A stretch of DNA of 64,000 nucleotides from Octopus vulgaris (Eukaryota). The notes below the pieces were generated by a model. It was not told the origin of the DNA. It saw only the letters and a program-made list of their open reading frames with translations, and searched no databases. Of the stretch, positions 27,136 to 40,295 are shown one piece after another; position 1 is the stretch's first letter; each line of letters starts with the position of its first letter. The stretch covers positions 41,602,001-41,666,000 of the forward strand of contig OX597832.1 in assembly GCA_951406725.2 (NCBI GenBank), read 5' to 3'. The position numbers were made by a program, and so were the translations under genes.

Positions 27136-27696
27136 ATGGGTGTGCATGCGCGTGTATATCTGTGACAGTAAGAGTGCATGTGCACACGTGTGTATGCATG
27201 TATAACTCTGTTTGTGTTGATATATATGTATGTGTTTATGTACATTGTTTTGTGGGATGAAACAAGAGTTTCACATTTCGTGTCCCTTCATCAGAGATGA
27301 AAACAAAGAACGAAATATTCTCCTTTGTTCTCCTTCCTAAAGCAAATCACCATCATAAAACATTAGCTACTGTTTTATCTCATCTCTTCACTTTAATGTC
27401 AATCTAGTTCTTGCTGATGCAGGCTGCTTTCACTAACCTACAATTCATTCTTGTTCTTTTCTTTTTAAGGGCTTAAGCTAGAGGAGAAAAATGTAGCTCC
27501 CTTTATCTTTTCCAGAACCTGTGTGACTGACAGAAAGAAAAGAGAATGTTATCCTCAGATCAGAAACCTGGTCTAAATGTTATCTAAAAGTACCCTTTGA
27601 CAAAATCTTTAAAAGTGTAACCTACTTCTCTTTCCAAGTGCATCGCTTCTTTGTTGAGTTTCCTGTTGGTCATATGTCTTTTTATTTTCACAGTTT

Positions 27697-28155
27697 CTTA
27701 TTTCTTTACTACCCACAAGGGGCTAAACACAGAGGAGACAAACAAGGACAGACAAACGGAGTAAGTCGATTATATTTACCCCAGTGTGTAACTGGTACTT
27801 ATTTAACCCTTTCGTTACTGTATTTATTTTGAGATGCTCTGTGTTTCTCTCAATTACTTTAATTATAACAAAGAATTTAGTAAAATAACTTAGTTATCAC
27901 TCAGCTAGTGTTAAGAACATAAATTGTGATTAAGGTTTGGTTGAAGATTTTAATTCAAAACTTATGAAAACAAGACATTTGTACTCAGAGCCAGGGCTGG
28001 ATTCAGCTGGGTTGGTAATGAAAGGGTTAATCAACCCCGAAAGGATGAAAGGCAAAGTTGACCTCGGTGGAATTTGAACTCAGAATGTAGCGGCAGATGA
28101 AATACGGCTAAGTATTTCGCCCGGCATACTAACATTTCTGCCAGCTTGCTGCCTT
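27697..28155 (-). mobile_element. Family B SINE interrupted by a piggyBac-type MITE
   Basis: Family B sequence actggtacttatTTAA|tcaaccccgaaagg is split at TTAA. Confidence 0.9.
27807..28026 (-). mobile_element. piggyBac-type MITE, 220 bp
   Basis: TTAA TSD at 27803-27806 and 28027-28030; TIR ccctttcgttac / gtaatgaaaggg; same family as 58293 and 58544. Confidence 0.93.
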
Positions 28156-28636
28156 CTATTTTCATAGTTTTTTTCCTCAAACAGCTGCTCTCTGGAATTC
28201 ACTAGCATCACCTTGTTTTCCTCTGATCTATGATATTCAGCACATTAAGCTTTGACATCTATTGAATTTATAGGCCCCTTCTTTTCCTTCCTTGTAGTCT
28301 TTTACGCTAGAGTGGCCTTGAGCCTTGTTTGGGACAAAATCGCTTTAAAAAAATGAGGGCCAGATGTTGGTGTTTTACTGGACAACAAATCAAGTATACC
28401 ACTGAAGAACAGAAACAGTCCTTCCAAAACATATCCATTTACCAAATTTCACTCACAAAATGCTGTGTCATGAGATTGAACCTGAAGTCATGTAGTTGTG
28501 AAACAAAATTCTTAACCACACAGCCATGACTATTGCAGAAGTACGTTTGTAGCAAACTGAGTCCAGTAGTCAATTTCTCGCTATAGTCATTTCTCTTGAC
28601 TAACATCAATGATGTCTCTTGAATCAGAAATGGACA

Positions 28637-28673
<37 letters not shown>

Positions 28674-29559
28674 AAATAGGAGACCTTGCTATTATAAATT
28701 TTTACTTCCAGCCATGACCACTATCCTTCTCTTTTTAAGACAATATAGTGTGATTTGAAAGAGATTTGACTGTTATTTCTTGCAGGTTGAATGACCATGT
28801 AGAGACACAATTGTTGCCTCTCAGACCTTGTTGAAAACAAAAGTATGTACAATAACTATTTCCCTTATTAGTGTGTGAGGATTGTGATAGCATCTCGAAG
28901 ATGATTTAAAGAAATGGCTTAATGTAGCTTTGTCAAGGTTCAAAGGAACAAGAGATAATACTATACAGCATAAGCTATGGGAGTATATTATTTATCTTTA
29001 AGGCAATTTGGGAGCAAAAAGCAGACAAGAAAAGAAGAATGAAAGAGTAAAAAGTCAGTATGTTATGCTATGAAGGAAAGGAAGGGGTACTGAAATTTCA
29101 AGCCTTAATGCTTTTTACCAAAACAATAAATTTCCCCCTTTTATTTTTTTCTGTTCTATCTTTCATCTGATGGAGAACTAGAATCCACATCAAGACACTT
29201 TCCCTTTTTTTCTCTAATATAACTCTTTTGTTGAAACTTGTTCCTCCTGTGTCGATTTCTGTTCATGCTCATTGCTTTTTTTAATATACATGGACAAAAA
29301 ACGTGTATATTTATAGGACCAGCAAGGTGAATAACCGTGGAATTGAATTGGATGAAGGAAAATGGTTTTTAGCAGAGGAGAGATTACTGGTTGGGTGGTG
29401 GATTAATGTTGGCCATGCACTGAAGGAATTACATCCTGTTGTAAAGGAATTACCAATAAAAGTGAAAATTTTACAATGGTAAACAGACCCAAATTACAGG
29501 TTCTGTTCATTGAGAGCTTACCTTCCACTTTTGATACTTGCATTGTATTTTTTTCTTCT

Positions 29560-29952
29560 CTTTTAGTTGTTTCAGTCATTTGACTGTGGCCATGCTGGAG
29601 CACCGCCTTTAGTCGAGCAAATCGACCCCGGGACTTATTCTTTGTAAGCCCAGTACTTATTCTATCGGTCTCTTTTGCCAAACCGCTAAGTGACGGGGAC
29701 ATAAACACACCAGCATCGGTTGTCAAGCAATGCTAGGGGGACAAACACAGACACACAAACATACATACATATATATATATACATATATACGACAGGCTTC
29801 TTTCAGTTTCCGTCTACCAAATCCACTCACAAGGCATTGGTCGGCCCGGGGCTATAGCAGAAGACATTTGCCCAAGATGCCATGCAGTGGGACTGAACCC
29901 GGAACCATGTGGTTGGTAAGCAAGCTACTTACCACACAGCCACTCCTGCGCC
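29560..29952 (-). mobile_element. Family A SINE, full length
   Basis: Near-consensus; shares variants (ggcattgg, gggctatagc, aagatgcc) with the 36376 copy. Confidence 0.93.
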
Positions 29953-32269
29953 TATATATATGTAAATTCATAATCTAACTAAAAAATGTTTTACAGATTA
30001 TTTTGTGTGTTGCCATTCTTATCCACTACATCACAGTTGTAGAAAATAGCAAGGTGTCAAATTTAATGATCTTTAAACGCCATTGAATTTTTTTTATTCA
30101 ACTAAAATTTAAATGGCACCAACTTAAATATCATTAAAGTTTAATGTCATTGAAGATGTGGGTTGTGGGGAATGTTACTTAGACATTATGCCTTTTAAAC
30201 CACTGCCTACATTTTGAAAAAAAAATGGGATAAAAAAAACTGTTGAAAGTTTACTTCTTCCACTATCAATAATGACCCAACAGTCTTGTTTTTATATTTC
30301 TCATTTTCAAAAAACGGTACTCCCACTCCATTCTGGAAGGAGCGCTAGTTAACAGCAGTTTAAGTTTTTCTTAAAAGAGGGGATAGTATCAATATGTTTA
30401 AGTTAGATAAATATCAAGCAGTCAAGAGACAAGACTGTCTCTTCTGTTGAATAGGACATCAGCCTCTTTCAATGTATCTTAATTCAGAATGCAGGCTGGC
30501 ATCCATCTCTTTTGTAGCTCAGCCGAAGGAAGCAAAGAAATGAAAAGATATATGCAAATACAGCGTGCGTGTGTATGTGCATGTGCGTGCGCACGTGCAT
30601 GCGTAATGCCCAAGGACATGACATCAGCCACACAATGCTTATAATTGGATATAGATTCTCTCTCTCTGTTTACAAACTATTTATAATACATAAACTTTTA
30701 CCTTGCAAAACGCATGCTATTGAACATCAATATAACGATTCTCTCATCACTTACCTGACAGGTACAGAGAAAGATTTACTTCAATGAAGAAGTAAAATAA
30801 TATTGAAACATGTCTGAAGTTGTCTCCCATATTTTTCGAGATGCAATCAGGTCAATGAACTAACATTTTTATCCCTTCACCACATAAATTATTATCAATT
30901 AATTTAATTATGTAGATATTTTTCACCATCACGTTAATTATAATTGCACAAACTTGATATAATTATAGTTTGTTGTTTCATGATTCTGAATTCAAATTCT
31001 TTTAAAGGCAATTTGATCTTTCAATCCTAATATATATATGACTGAAATAAGTATCATTAAAGCTATCAGTTACAGTCGTTGCTATTGTTTAACCCTAAGT
31101 CAGCTCTGATTGTATTGCAGAGCATGATTTGGTAGTAAGTTCTGTGTCTGTCCATGTAGTCACAAGCAGACATATATACCTTCTCATCTTCAACCTAACT
31201 TAACATTGAAGGGTGGCTGCAGAGAGAGAGGGTTGACTGCAATAGCAGTAGGCTGGTACATATTTTCAGTTGAGTAGACTGGAACAATGTGAAATGAAAA
31301 CACAATTTGCTACCAGGGCTAAGAATAAAAAAACCCACTACTTTATGATCGTTAGGCCAACATTCTAACCACTGATCCACATGCCTGATTGAGTAGACCT
31401 ATGATTAAAGGCATTCAAAACACCCTTCTTTTATCCCCGAGTGTATCACAGATTTCATTGTCTAATGCATGATCTTGCAATACAGTAAGATGAGACGGAA
31501 GGGAGATCTGGCTGCTATTTCTATCAGGTTAAAAGCTCGTAATTCAACTTGAAATAAATATTTGGTAGATTCCCAGTTTTAGACAACTACTAAAACAGAT
31601 GGAATTGTCCCAGCTGGATAGGGGCTGAGCAAGAGTTAAACAACATTAAAACCCATATATACCCCTGGTTGCATTTTCACAACACAAAACCTGTTCCTAC
31701 TTGTTTGAACTCACCAGGAAGCATCTGACTGAGATTATGAAATGTCCAGTGGGGAGTCGACACCCGTAGCTAACAGTTGCATACTGTCCTTCTTTTCCTG
31801 GTTGTGAAAGTTTACCATAGCGTTTAACCTAAATACAGTGAAATTTTAACACTTCGTTTTTTTTATGGGCATATATGGGTTAACGATAGTAACAGAAAAG
31901 GTAAAAAAAGAATCAGATTACTAAAATGTTCGGACAGAAACTGAATGCAGTACATGTGGAAAAGAATTACAACATAAAGTTTGAGCCAGAGGTAAATTAG
32001 CTGTTATCAGATGTTGACTGAGTGAGATTATCCATTGACCTTGGCTAATCAGGATAAGCTGAGCTGTACGTAAGCAGAATATGTTCAAGGTAAAAGAGAT
32101 GGTTTCAACAACATTCAACAGATTTGCTTATTAGTCTTGCAAGCCATTGATAAGAAAAAGCACCGATCCTGTAGTTGTTTGTTGCTGTTTAACTCTAGAT
32201 CACCTTTGGTCATTCTCTGGTACCTTGTTGTACTCAAGAAGACCTGTCCGCCACAGCAGAATTGATACA

Positions 32270-32502
32270 GATACTGGCATCACATAAAAAGCACTCGTGT
32301 TGGTGCTATGTTATAAGCACTGGTGCCACGTAAAATGCACCCAGTACACTCTGTGGAGTGGTTGGCATTAGAAAGGGCATCCAGCTATAGAAACCATGCC
32401 AGAACAGACAAGGAAGTCTGGTGCGTCCTCTGGCTTACCAGCTCTGGTCAAACCATCCAACCTATGCCAGCATGTTAAATGGACATTGAATGATGATGAT
32501 GA
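32270..32502 (+). mobile_element. Diverged family-C-related retroposon
   Basis: ggttggcattagaaagggcatccagc..aaccatccaac..(gat)n; another at 33070-33252. Confidence 0.75.
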
Positions 32503-33251
32503 ATTGCATTGTCAAAGAAGTAAGAGTAACACTGATGACTGCTTCCAGGCTTTGTGAGACTGGTAAGAGAATCTGGCCCAAATGCTTGATAAAAAATTAC
32601 AAAATGGACTTGGCCAAATGCTGGATAGATACTTGAAAGTCTCATTTCACTGTACATTAATAAATTAATCTGTACTACTGACTGATGTAATAAGGTATCA
32701 AAAATTCAGTGTAGCCCAAATCTGTATAAGTTCCATTATTACATTTTTCACTGTTGAGAGACATGTTTAGCCCCAGAGCAGGCAGACTGAGCAAATCTAA
32801 GATCACAAGCAATCCACCAGAGACCTCCATGTCTGGTTTCCAGAACTGGATATGTAGAAACCTATTTTTCAATATGTTCTTCTGCTTTTCTTCTATCTTT
32901 TACTTGTTTCAGTCACTGAGGTGCGACCATGCTTGAGAACCACTTTGAAAAATAACCTTGGAGCCCTAGTAATCCGTTGCAGTATTTACCTAGCGTACCT
33001 AGTCGTTTAGATCACCTGTGAACTAAACTCCCACATTTTGTGTTTGTGTGTGTGTGTGTGTGTGTGTGCCGGGGTCATGTAAAAAGTACCTAGTACACTC
33101 TGTTAAGTGGTTGGCATTAGGAAGGGCATGCAGCCATAGAAACCATTCCACAACAGACAACTGGAGCCTGGACAGCTCCCAGATGGCCAGCTCCATGTCA
33201 AACCATCCAACCCATGTCAGCATAGAAAACAGACATTAAATGATGATGATG

Positions 33252-33284
<33 letters not shown>

Positions 33285-33631
33285 ATGCTGTTGTTCTATC
33301 ATCCACTTTTCCATACTTGCATAGATCAGATGCAATTCACTGAGGCAGATTTTCTACGGCTGGATGCTCTCCCTGTTGCCAACCTTCATCTGCTTCCCTA
33401 GCAAGGTAACAATCTCCTAGGCAACTGACCAACAAACAACCAGGACATAGTTACATAGATACACGCCTTTTTGTTTCCAAAGATTGCTCAACAAGTCAAA
33501 ACATTTCAAAAAGCCGAGACATGCTTACATAGATGACTGCAGGCATATTTGATTGTGAAGCTGTTGTTTAGTTTATGGTCAATGAACACAGGTAAGCCAT
33601 GAAGAAAATACAAAATCAATCACACAAACAC

Positions 33632-33681
<50 letters not shown>

Positions 33682-33710
33682 GTATGTATGTATGTATGCA
33701 TGCATGTATA

Positions 33711-33898
33711 TCATCATCATCATCGTTTAACGTTGGCTTTCCATGCTAGCATGGGTTGAACAGTTCAAATGGTGTCTGGGAAGCCAAGGAGGCTGCACCA
33801 GGCCCAGTCTGATCTGGCAATGTTTCTACAGCTGGATGCCTTTCCTAACGCCAACCACTCCGTGAGTGTAGTGGGTACTTTTTATGTGCCACCGGCAC
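33711..33898 (-). mobile_element. Family C 3' half
   Basis: Reverse-complement match with a (cat)n tail. Confidence 0.85.
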
Positions 33899-33925
33899 AC
33901 ACATATACATAAATGCATAGTTACA

Positions 33926-33972
<47 letters not shown>

Positions 33973-34191
33973 CAATCTTCTTCAGTGTCTGTCAGCTCAT
34001 TTCACTTACAAGGTACTGGTCAACTTATGGTTGTATTATAGAACATTATCCAGCAACATTCATGCAGTGTGATAGAGCCTCTGGCCACAAGGTTCCAAAG
34101 CAAACTTCTCAACCATACAGCCATATGATGTATAAGTGTATGTGTGTATGTGTATGCATTTGTATAAATATGAAAATAGATGTGTATGTGT

Positions 34192-34225
<34 letters not shown>

Positions 34226-34659
34226 CTGTAATCTGGGCAGATTTTGGATTAAGCAATAACAACAACAGTTGTACTTAAACGGGACAGGATTTCTTGACTT
34301 TCTGTTCATTACAGAACACAGAACAACAGCAATGATAAGATACAAAAACCTCACTTTTCATCTGAGAGGTGAAACATATAATTAAGTTGATTAGTGCTGC
34401 TTGCTCAGTAAGTTAATTAGAAAAGGAAGACAATATTTTAATAATATTGTTCATAAAACATCTTGGTTTTCCAATCAATGCAACCCAATTACGAAGGCAG
34501 GCTGCGTAAGCTTCAGTTAACCTGCCAGTTCTCTGGCAAATTGCCTGCTTTGATAAACAATAACTTTATTATGGCACCTGTTGCAGACTAATGGAAAATT
34601 TCTCCATGAATCTACAACAACATTCTATATTAACACTTATTAACACTCACTCATTATAA

Positions 34660-34699
<40 letters not shown>

Positions 34700-35171
34700 T
34701 CACACACACACATAGAGGCATACTCACTCACATGCACATGCGTGTGCGTACACATTGATTTCTTATCTGGAGGCATAAGGCCAAGACAAGGAGGGAAGAT
34801 AAAGAGATATTACTGACTGAGTCACTTGCGATAATATTAGTTCTTTGCTTCAGCCAGTGTGGCCAAGGTCTTACTGGATGGAGTGTGTGATACTTATTCT
34901 TATCAACTCAAGAAGAACACATAAGCTGAATCAGCAAATGCAAAGATACACAAACACACACATACATGCACATACAGACAAACATACAATGACAGGCCCC
35001 CATGCAGTTTTCATTGACAACCTCTCGGGCAATCCAAAGCGAGAGAAGTCTAATGAAATTCTACCAGGCTGAAACTTTGTAGTCACGACTGTCACTCTGT
35101 TTGCCCAAGTTTAATATACACAGGGATACCTCAGTGTAAGTTGTTTTGACTTAAGTCATTCTCAAAGATAA

Positions 35172-35365
35172 GGTGCAGGAGTGGCTGTGTGGTAAGTAGC
35201 TTGTTTACCAACCACATGATTCTGGGTTCAGTCCCACTGCATGGCACCTTGGGCAAGTGTCTTCTACTATAGCCTCGGGCCGACCAAAGCCTTGTGAGTG
35301 GATTTGGTAGACAGAAACTGAAAGAAGCCTGTCGTATATATGTATATATATGTATGTGCGTGTGT
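35172..35365 (+). mobile_element. Family A 5' half
   Basis: Head through the internal (TA/TG) tract. Confidence 0.88.
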
Positions 35366-35460
35366 GTTTTAACCATGGCTATCTGGTGTTTTGTTCAGGT
35401 CTTATGCATCTGTCTAGGATTGCATTATCAAATGTGCTTGTCCTTTTATATATATATATA

Positions 35461-35719
35461 TCACGTGATAACATGACCGACCAGTCTATCAGATGTTGCC
35501 ACACATCGCTGGTCACAATGCGCTTCGCATTGTTTTAGCCTTCAAATGACGTCACCCCGCTGGCTAAGCGAGCAGGCCAACAGAAGAGTGAGAGAAAGAG
35601 TGGTGAAAGAGTACAGCAGGGATCACCACCCCGCTCAATAAACACTCACAACTCCCGGTCTGGGAATCGAAACCGCGATCCTACGACTGTGATCCTAACC
35701 ACTGGGCCATTGCGCCTCC
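35461..35719 (-). mobile_element. Family D tRNA-derived SINE, tail type 1
   Basis: Head ggaggcgcaatggcccagtggttagg...ggtttcgattccc (A/B boxes); tail ...aagcgcattgtgaccagcgatgtgt. Confidence 0.85.
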
Positions 35720-36375
35720 ACATAAATATATATATGTATATATATATATATCCACACACACACATAAATACATATACGAATGAATGGACAATTGATATAA
35801 AAAGGCACTCAATGCATTTAGCAGGAGTTGCATCTATTTTTTAAAACAGTTAGTCTAAGCCTAAAGGGATGGGCTTCTGTCGGAAGCCTGCAAAACTTTA
35901 AGTCGCATGAAGCCCAATCAAACTGTTTTAAACGATGTATATGTATGAAACTTGGATGGTCCCATCTAATGACAACAAAATACTTCTGACTGAAGTATTG
36001 GTGGGAGAGTCTCAAAGTTGGATAGGATTATTAGCACTCAAAATAGAAGCGGGACATTATAAATGCAAGATTCACTTTCACAGTAATTGCAATGTTATGA
36101 GAGACAACTGAATTAATTTATATTTCATCAGCTGCCAAACTAGGAATGGCCACCAACCACTCCACCAGCCTAAATTGTTGTACCCCAGTAGCATATATTT
36201 CTGTCAATCTTCACCATCCCACGGCTACAAGGATAAAAAGACTAAGTTGACCTTCATCATCAGCCATGGGAACTTAATATTACAATAATATATCTGAGAT
36301 TATTAATTGTGATGATTATTTCAAATTTTTCAGACTGTTTGCTTCATCCCTTGTTTATATTTTTGTTTTATCTAT

Positions 36376-36594
36376 ACTCTTTTACTCTTACTCTTTTACT
36401 TGTTTCAGTCATTTGACTGCGGCCATGCTGGAGCACCGCCTTTAGTCGAGCAACTCGACCCCGGGACTTATTCTTTTTGTAAGCCCAGTACTTATTCTAT
36501 CGGTCTCTTTTTGCCGAACCGCTAAGTGACGGGGACGTAAACACACCAGCATCAGTTGTCAAGCAATGCTAGGGGAACAAACACAGACAGACAA

Positions 36595-36625
<31 letters not shown>

Positions 36626-36787
36626 CATATATACGACAGGCTTCTTTCAGTTTCCGTCTACCAAATCCACTCACAAGGCATTGGTCAGCCCGGGGCTATA
36701 GCAGAAGACACTTGCCCAAGATGCCATGCAGTGGGACTGAACCCGGAACCATGAGGTAGGTTAGCAAGCTACTTACCACACAGCCAC
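36376..36787 (-). mobile_element. Family A SINE
   Basis: Near-consensus. Confidence 0.92.
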
Positions 36788-36927
36788 GTCTATGTCTGTT
36801 TAATACTTCTTCACTTTATTCGACCCAATTTCTAATTTTGAAATTAGCTTCAAATGTTAAATTACAATCATCAGACTGTGGTCATGCTGGGGCACTACTT
36901 TGAAGGGTTTAGTCAAATGGATCGTCC

Positions 36928-37336
36928 AAGCTGGCAGAATCGTTAGCACGCCGGGCGGAATGCTTAGCGGTATTTCATCTGCCGTGATGTTCTGAGTTCA
37001 AATTCTGCCGAGGTCAACTTTGCCTTTCATCCTTTCGGGGTCGATTAGATAAGTACCAGTTACGCACTGGGGTCGATATAATCGACTTAATCCGTTTGTC
37101 TGTCCTTGTTTGTCCCCTCTGTGTTTAGCCCCTTGTGGGTAATAAAGAAATAGGTATTTCATCTGCGGTGATGTTCTGAGTTCAAATTCTGCCGAGGTCA
37201 ACTTTGCCTTTCATCCTTTCGGGGTCGATTAAATAAGTACCAGTTACGCACTGGGGTCGATATAATCAACTTAATCCGTTTGTCTGTCCTTGTTTGTTCC
37301 CTCTGTGTTTAACTCCTTGTGAGTAGTAAAGAAATA
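36928..37336 (+). mobile_element. Family B SINE tandem (~1.8-mer) with a single TSD
   Basis: Unit 1 at 36928-37152 and head-less unit 2 at 37153-37336; 9-bp TSD ggatcgtcc at 36919-36927 and 37337-37345. Confidence 0.9.
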
Positions 37337-38139
37337 GGATCGTCCCCAGGGCTTATTCTATCAGTCTCTTTTGCCAAACAGCTAAGTTATGGGTATATAA
37401 ACAAACCAACACCAATGTGTCTGTCCTTCTTTCTAAGACAGTAGGGTGGGATTTTGCTGTTATTTCTAATGGGTTAAATGAAAGCATAAAAACTTCTTTG
37501 CTTATCTGTTACTCTGAAGTAGTGGTTCTCAATCATTTTTTTCTACAGATCCCAGTTGGTGGCGGGGTCAAACACAAAGACACACACACACATATATATG
37601 TATATATAACATGCTTTTTTCAGTTTCCTTCAACCAAATCCACTCTCAAGGCATCAATCATCTCGGGATTATCGTAGGAGACATTTGTCTAAGGTGTCAT
37701 ACAGTGGGACTCAACCCAGAACCTTGTGGTTGGAAAGCAAACTTCTTATAACATACAGGATTTAAATTCAGAAACTATTTTACTTTGTATTTTAGCTTCT
37801 AATATAATAATTGTTGTGTTGCTCCTTACCAAACATGATCAGGAAGGTTTATAGACAAAAGCACTTCAACTATGGCAATCCAATCCAATTTTTATTAAGC
37901 CACAGTATATCTATGACTAAATTATCTAATGCCTCCTTCTTCCTTTAAGACAGTAGGGTGTAATTTTAGGGGAATTTAGTTGCTATTTCTAGCAGGTTGA
38001 GTAAACCCCCGTTGACACTTTCTGCTATCTTGTTAACTCATTCATTCTAATACAGTTTCAGGGCTGTTCATAGCTATGCCGATCCCTTTTAGTATTAAAA
38101 AGAGAGAGGAAGGAGATGGAGGGAGAAAGAGAGAGAGAG

Positions 38140-38207
<68 letters not shown>

Positions 38208-38429
38208 GAAATTTGAGACTACCAGAAGGAAAAAAATTAAAATTATATATTGCAAGATGCCAAACATAAACCATCACAACCACCATCATCATCATCATCA
38301 TCATCACTCATCCAACCCCAACAACAACAACAACAAACACAGTAACAACAAGAGAGTTACTGACCCCTGCCCCCACTTCCCACTTTCACAGCTGCTGCTG
38401 TCATCTTTATCATAACATCATAGTTATGG

Positions 38430-38644
38430 TGTCATTGTCACCACCACCACCACCATTATCATCATCATCATCAACACCACCACCACTACCACCATCATTA
38501 TCGTCATCGTCGTCGTCATCATCATCGTCATCATCATCGTCATCATCATTATCATCACCATCATCATCATCGTTATCATCATCATCAACACCACCACCAC
38601 TACCATCACCATTATTGTCGTCAACGTCATCATCGTCATCATTG

Positions 38645-38675
<31 letters not shown>

Positions 38676-38700
38676 TGTCATTATCATCATCATCACCACC

Positions 38701-38733
<33 letters not shown>

Positions 38734-38750
38734 GTCGTCGTCACTGTCAT
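38430..38750. repeat. (CAT/CAC/CGT)n compound microsatellite
   Basis: Direct reading. Confidence 0.93.
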
Positions 38751-39067
38751 GAGTTTCAAGTCTATGTTTCCATGCAGCAAGTCTTCAGCATTCAATCAAT
38801 GATCTACAACATGAAATCATCCATCAAATCTGACTATGAAATATATAATTACTTCTTTGATCTCATACAGTAACCATTCACTTAAGCTTTTGTTGTTTTA
38901 TAATCTATTTTGGTGTGTGTGTGTGTGTGTGTGAGTAATCTTTCATTTGATGACCCTCATCAATGTCATCATCAGCATTATCATATCTCTGTGATGACTA
39001 AAATTCTAAGACCTGATCTATTGTTTCCACCACCATCACCACCAACAACAACAACAGCAGCAGGAGT

Positions 39068-39415
39068 GGAGGCGCAATGGCCCAGTGGTTAGGGCAGAGG
39101 ACTCGTGGTCGGAAGATCGCGGTTTTGATTTCCAGACCGGGCGTTATATGTGTTTATTGAGCGAAAACACCCAAAGCTTCATGAGGCTTTGGCAGGGGGT
39201 GGTGGCGACCCCTGTTTTACTCTTTTGCTCCAACTTTCTCTCACTCTTTCTTCCTGTTTCTTGTCCCCCGACTTCCTACACAACCACTGAGCCTGGATGT
39301 GCATTCATTCATCCATCCGTCGATGCTCTCAGTGTCGGGGATTGACCTGTTTTCTCTTCTGCGGGTCTTACGAATAGCAAAGGACCACGTTTTGGATGGC
39401 TCGGACTGGACCGCT
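39068..39415 (+). mobile_element. Family D tRNA-derived SINE, tail type 2
   Basis: Same head as 35461 but a different 3' part, shared with 54682; flanked by caacagcagcag. Confidence 0.87.
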
Positions 39416-39871
39416 CAACAGCAGCAGCAGCAAGTCTTCCATAACTTCATCCTTACCTTTGTGACCATCTGTCACTTGCTGAAGCAACTTCCTCCATCCA
39501 TCCATCATGGATCATCCATATATATTACATGACTATACCAGTTTACCTATGTCTACCTCACACAACTGTTTCAATTATGATTAATCTATTTCTCAACTTT
39601 TCCTCCTCCAATCCACTGCACCCCTTTTATCTACCCATTTGTGCATAGCCCTTGTTGTTTACACCCAGGTCATCCCCAGTCCAGCAGACATGGTCAAACA
39701 ATATTTTAACCATGGTTATCTGGTGTTTTGTTCAGGTTATTATGTATCTGTCTAGGATTGCATTATCAAATGTGTTTGTCCTTTTATAAGTCAGTAGGGT
39801 ATAATTTGAAGGAGATTTTGCTGTTATTTCTGATGGGTTAAATGAAAGCATGAAAACTCCTTTATTGATCT

Positions 39872-40279
39872 TTTTACTCTTTTTTACTTGTTTCAGTCAT
39901 TTGACTGTGGCCATGCTGGAGCACCGCCTTTAATCGAGCAACTCGACCCCGGTACTTATTCTTTTGTAAGCCCAGTACTTATTCTATTGGTCTCTTTTTG
40001 CCGAACCACTAAGTGGTGGGGACATAAACACACCAGCATCGGTTGTCAAGCAATGCTAGGGGGACAAACACAGACACACAAACATACACGCACACACATA
40101 TATATCTACATATATACGATGGGCTTCTTTCAGTTTCCGTCTACCAAATCCACTCACAAGACCTTGGTCGGCCCGAGGCTATAGTAGAAGACACTTACCC
40201 AAGGTTCCACGCAGTGGGACTGAACCCAGAACCATGTGGTTCGTAAGCAAGCTACTTACCACACAGCCACTCCTGCACC
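39872..40279 (-). mobile_element. Family A SINE, full length
   Basis: Near-consensus. Confidence 0.92.
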
Positions 40280-40295
40280 TATTGTTACTCTAAAG

